From Burkholderiales bacterium (lineage in GTDB: Bacteria > Pseudomonadota > Gammaproteobacteria > Burkholderiales > Burkholderiaceae_C), in assembly GCA_031414735.1 (NCBI GenBank), contig JANNWL010000227.1, forward strand, positions 1,909-65,908: 64,000 nucleotides of DNA, read 5' to 3'. This document shows, piece by piece, positions 63,339 to 64,000 of this stretch (within the stretch, counting starts at the first letter, position 1; the number at the start of each line of letters is the position of its first letter). Both the position numbers and the translations under genes were made by a program. Below the pieces are notes generated by a model, which worked only from the letters and a program-made list of their open reading frames with translations, had not been told where the DNA came from and ran no database searches.

Positions 63339-64000
<662 letters not shown>

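Overview
High-GC betaproteobacterial chromosome window; gene content and order suggest Burkholderiales (inference). There is no integrase, transposase or CRISPR array. From left to right: (1) the tail of a flagellar cluster (flhF partial, a P-loop-less flhG, fliA, an inserted hicAB pair, flgN-like, flgM, flgA, flgBCDEFGHIJKL); (2) a c-di-GMP block (EAL-like/HDOD, Hpt, REC-PAS-GGDEF-EAL, GGDEF) and a hypothetical gene, with readable sigma28 promoters in front of Hpt and the hypothetical; (3) a Met-rich EF-hand protein, an acyltransferase-3 gene overlapping tRNA-Ser(TGA), apaH, a CNNM/CorC transporter, SapC, an M17 peptidase, dusC and an HNH-like hypothetical; (4) a secreted S8 peptidase ending in ten GFILSE hexapeptide repeats, next to a membrane-sensor PAS-GGDEF-EAL gene and a PEP-CTERM Asp-box protein; (5) a glycogen cluster (malQ-glgX-glgB-glgP divergent from glgC-glgA); (6) an islet near tRNA-Ser(GGA) with a metacaspase and a GH19 hydrolase plus XAC2610-like lipoprotein pair; (7) DUF2237, SPFH/NfeD, a PLP decarboxylase, fabI and the rimP-nusA-infB-rbfA-truB-typA operon. 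The best candidates for undescribed biology are the S8-repeat/sensor pair and the GH19/XAC2610-like toxin-immunity pair. Family names come from motif recognition by eye, not from database searches.
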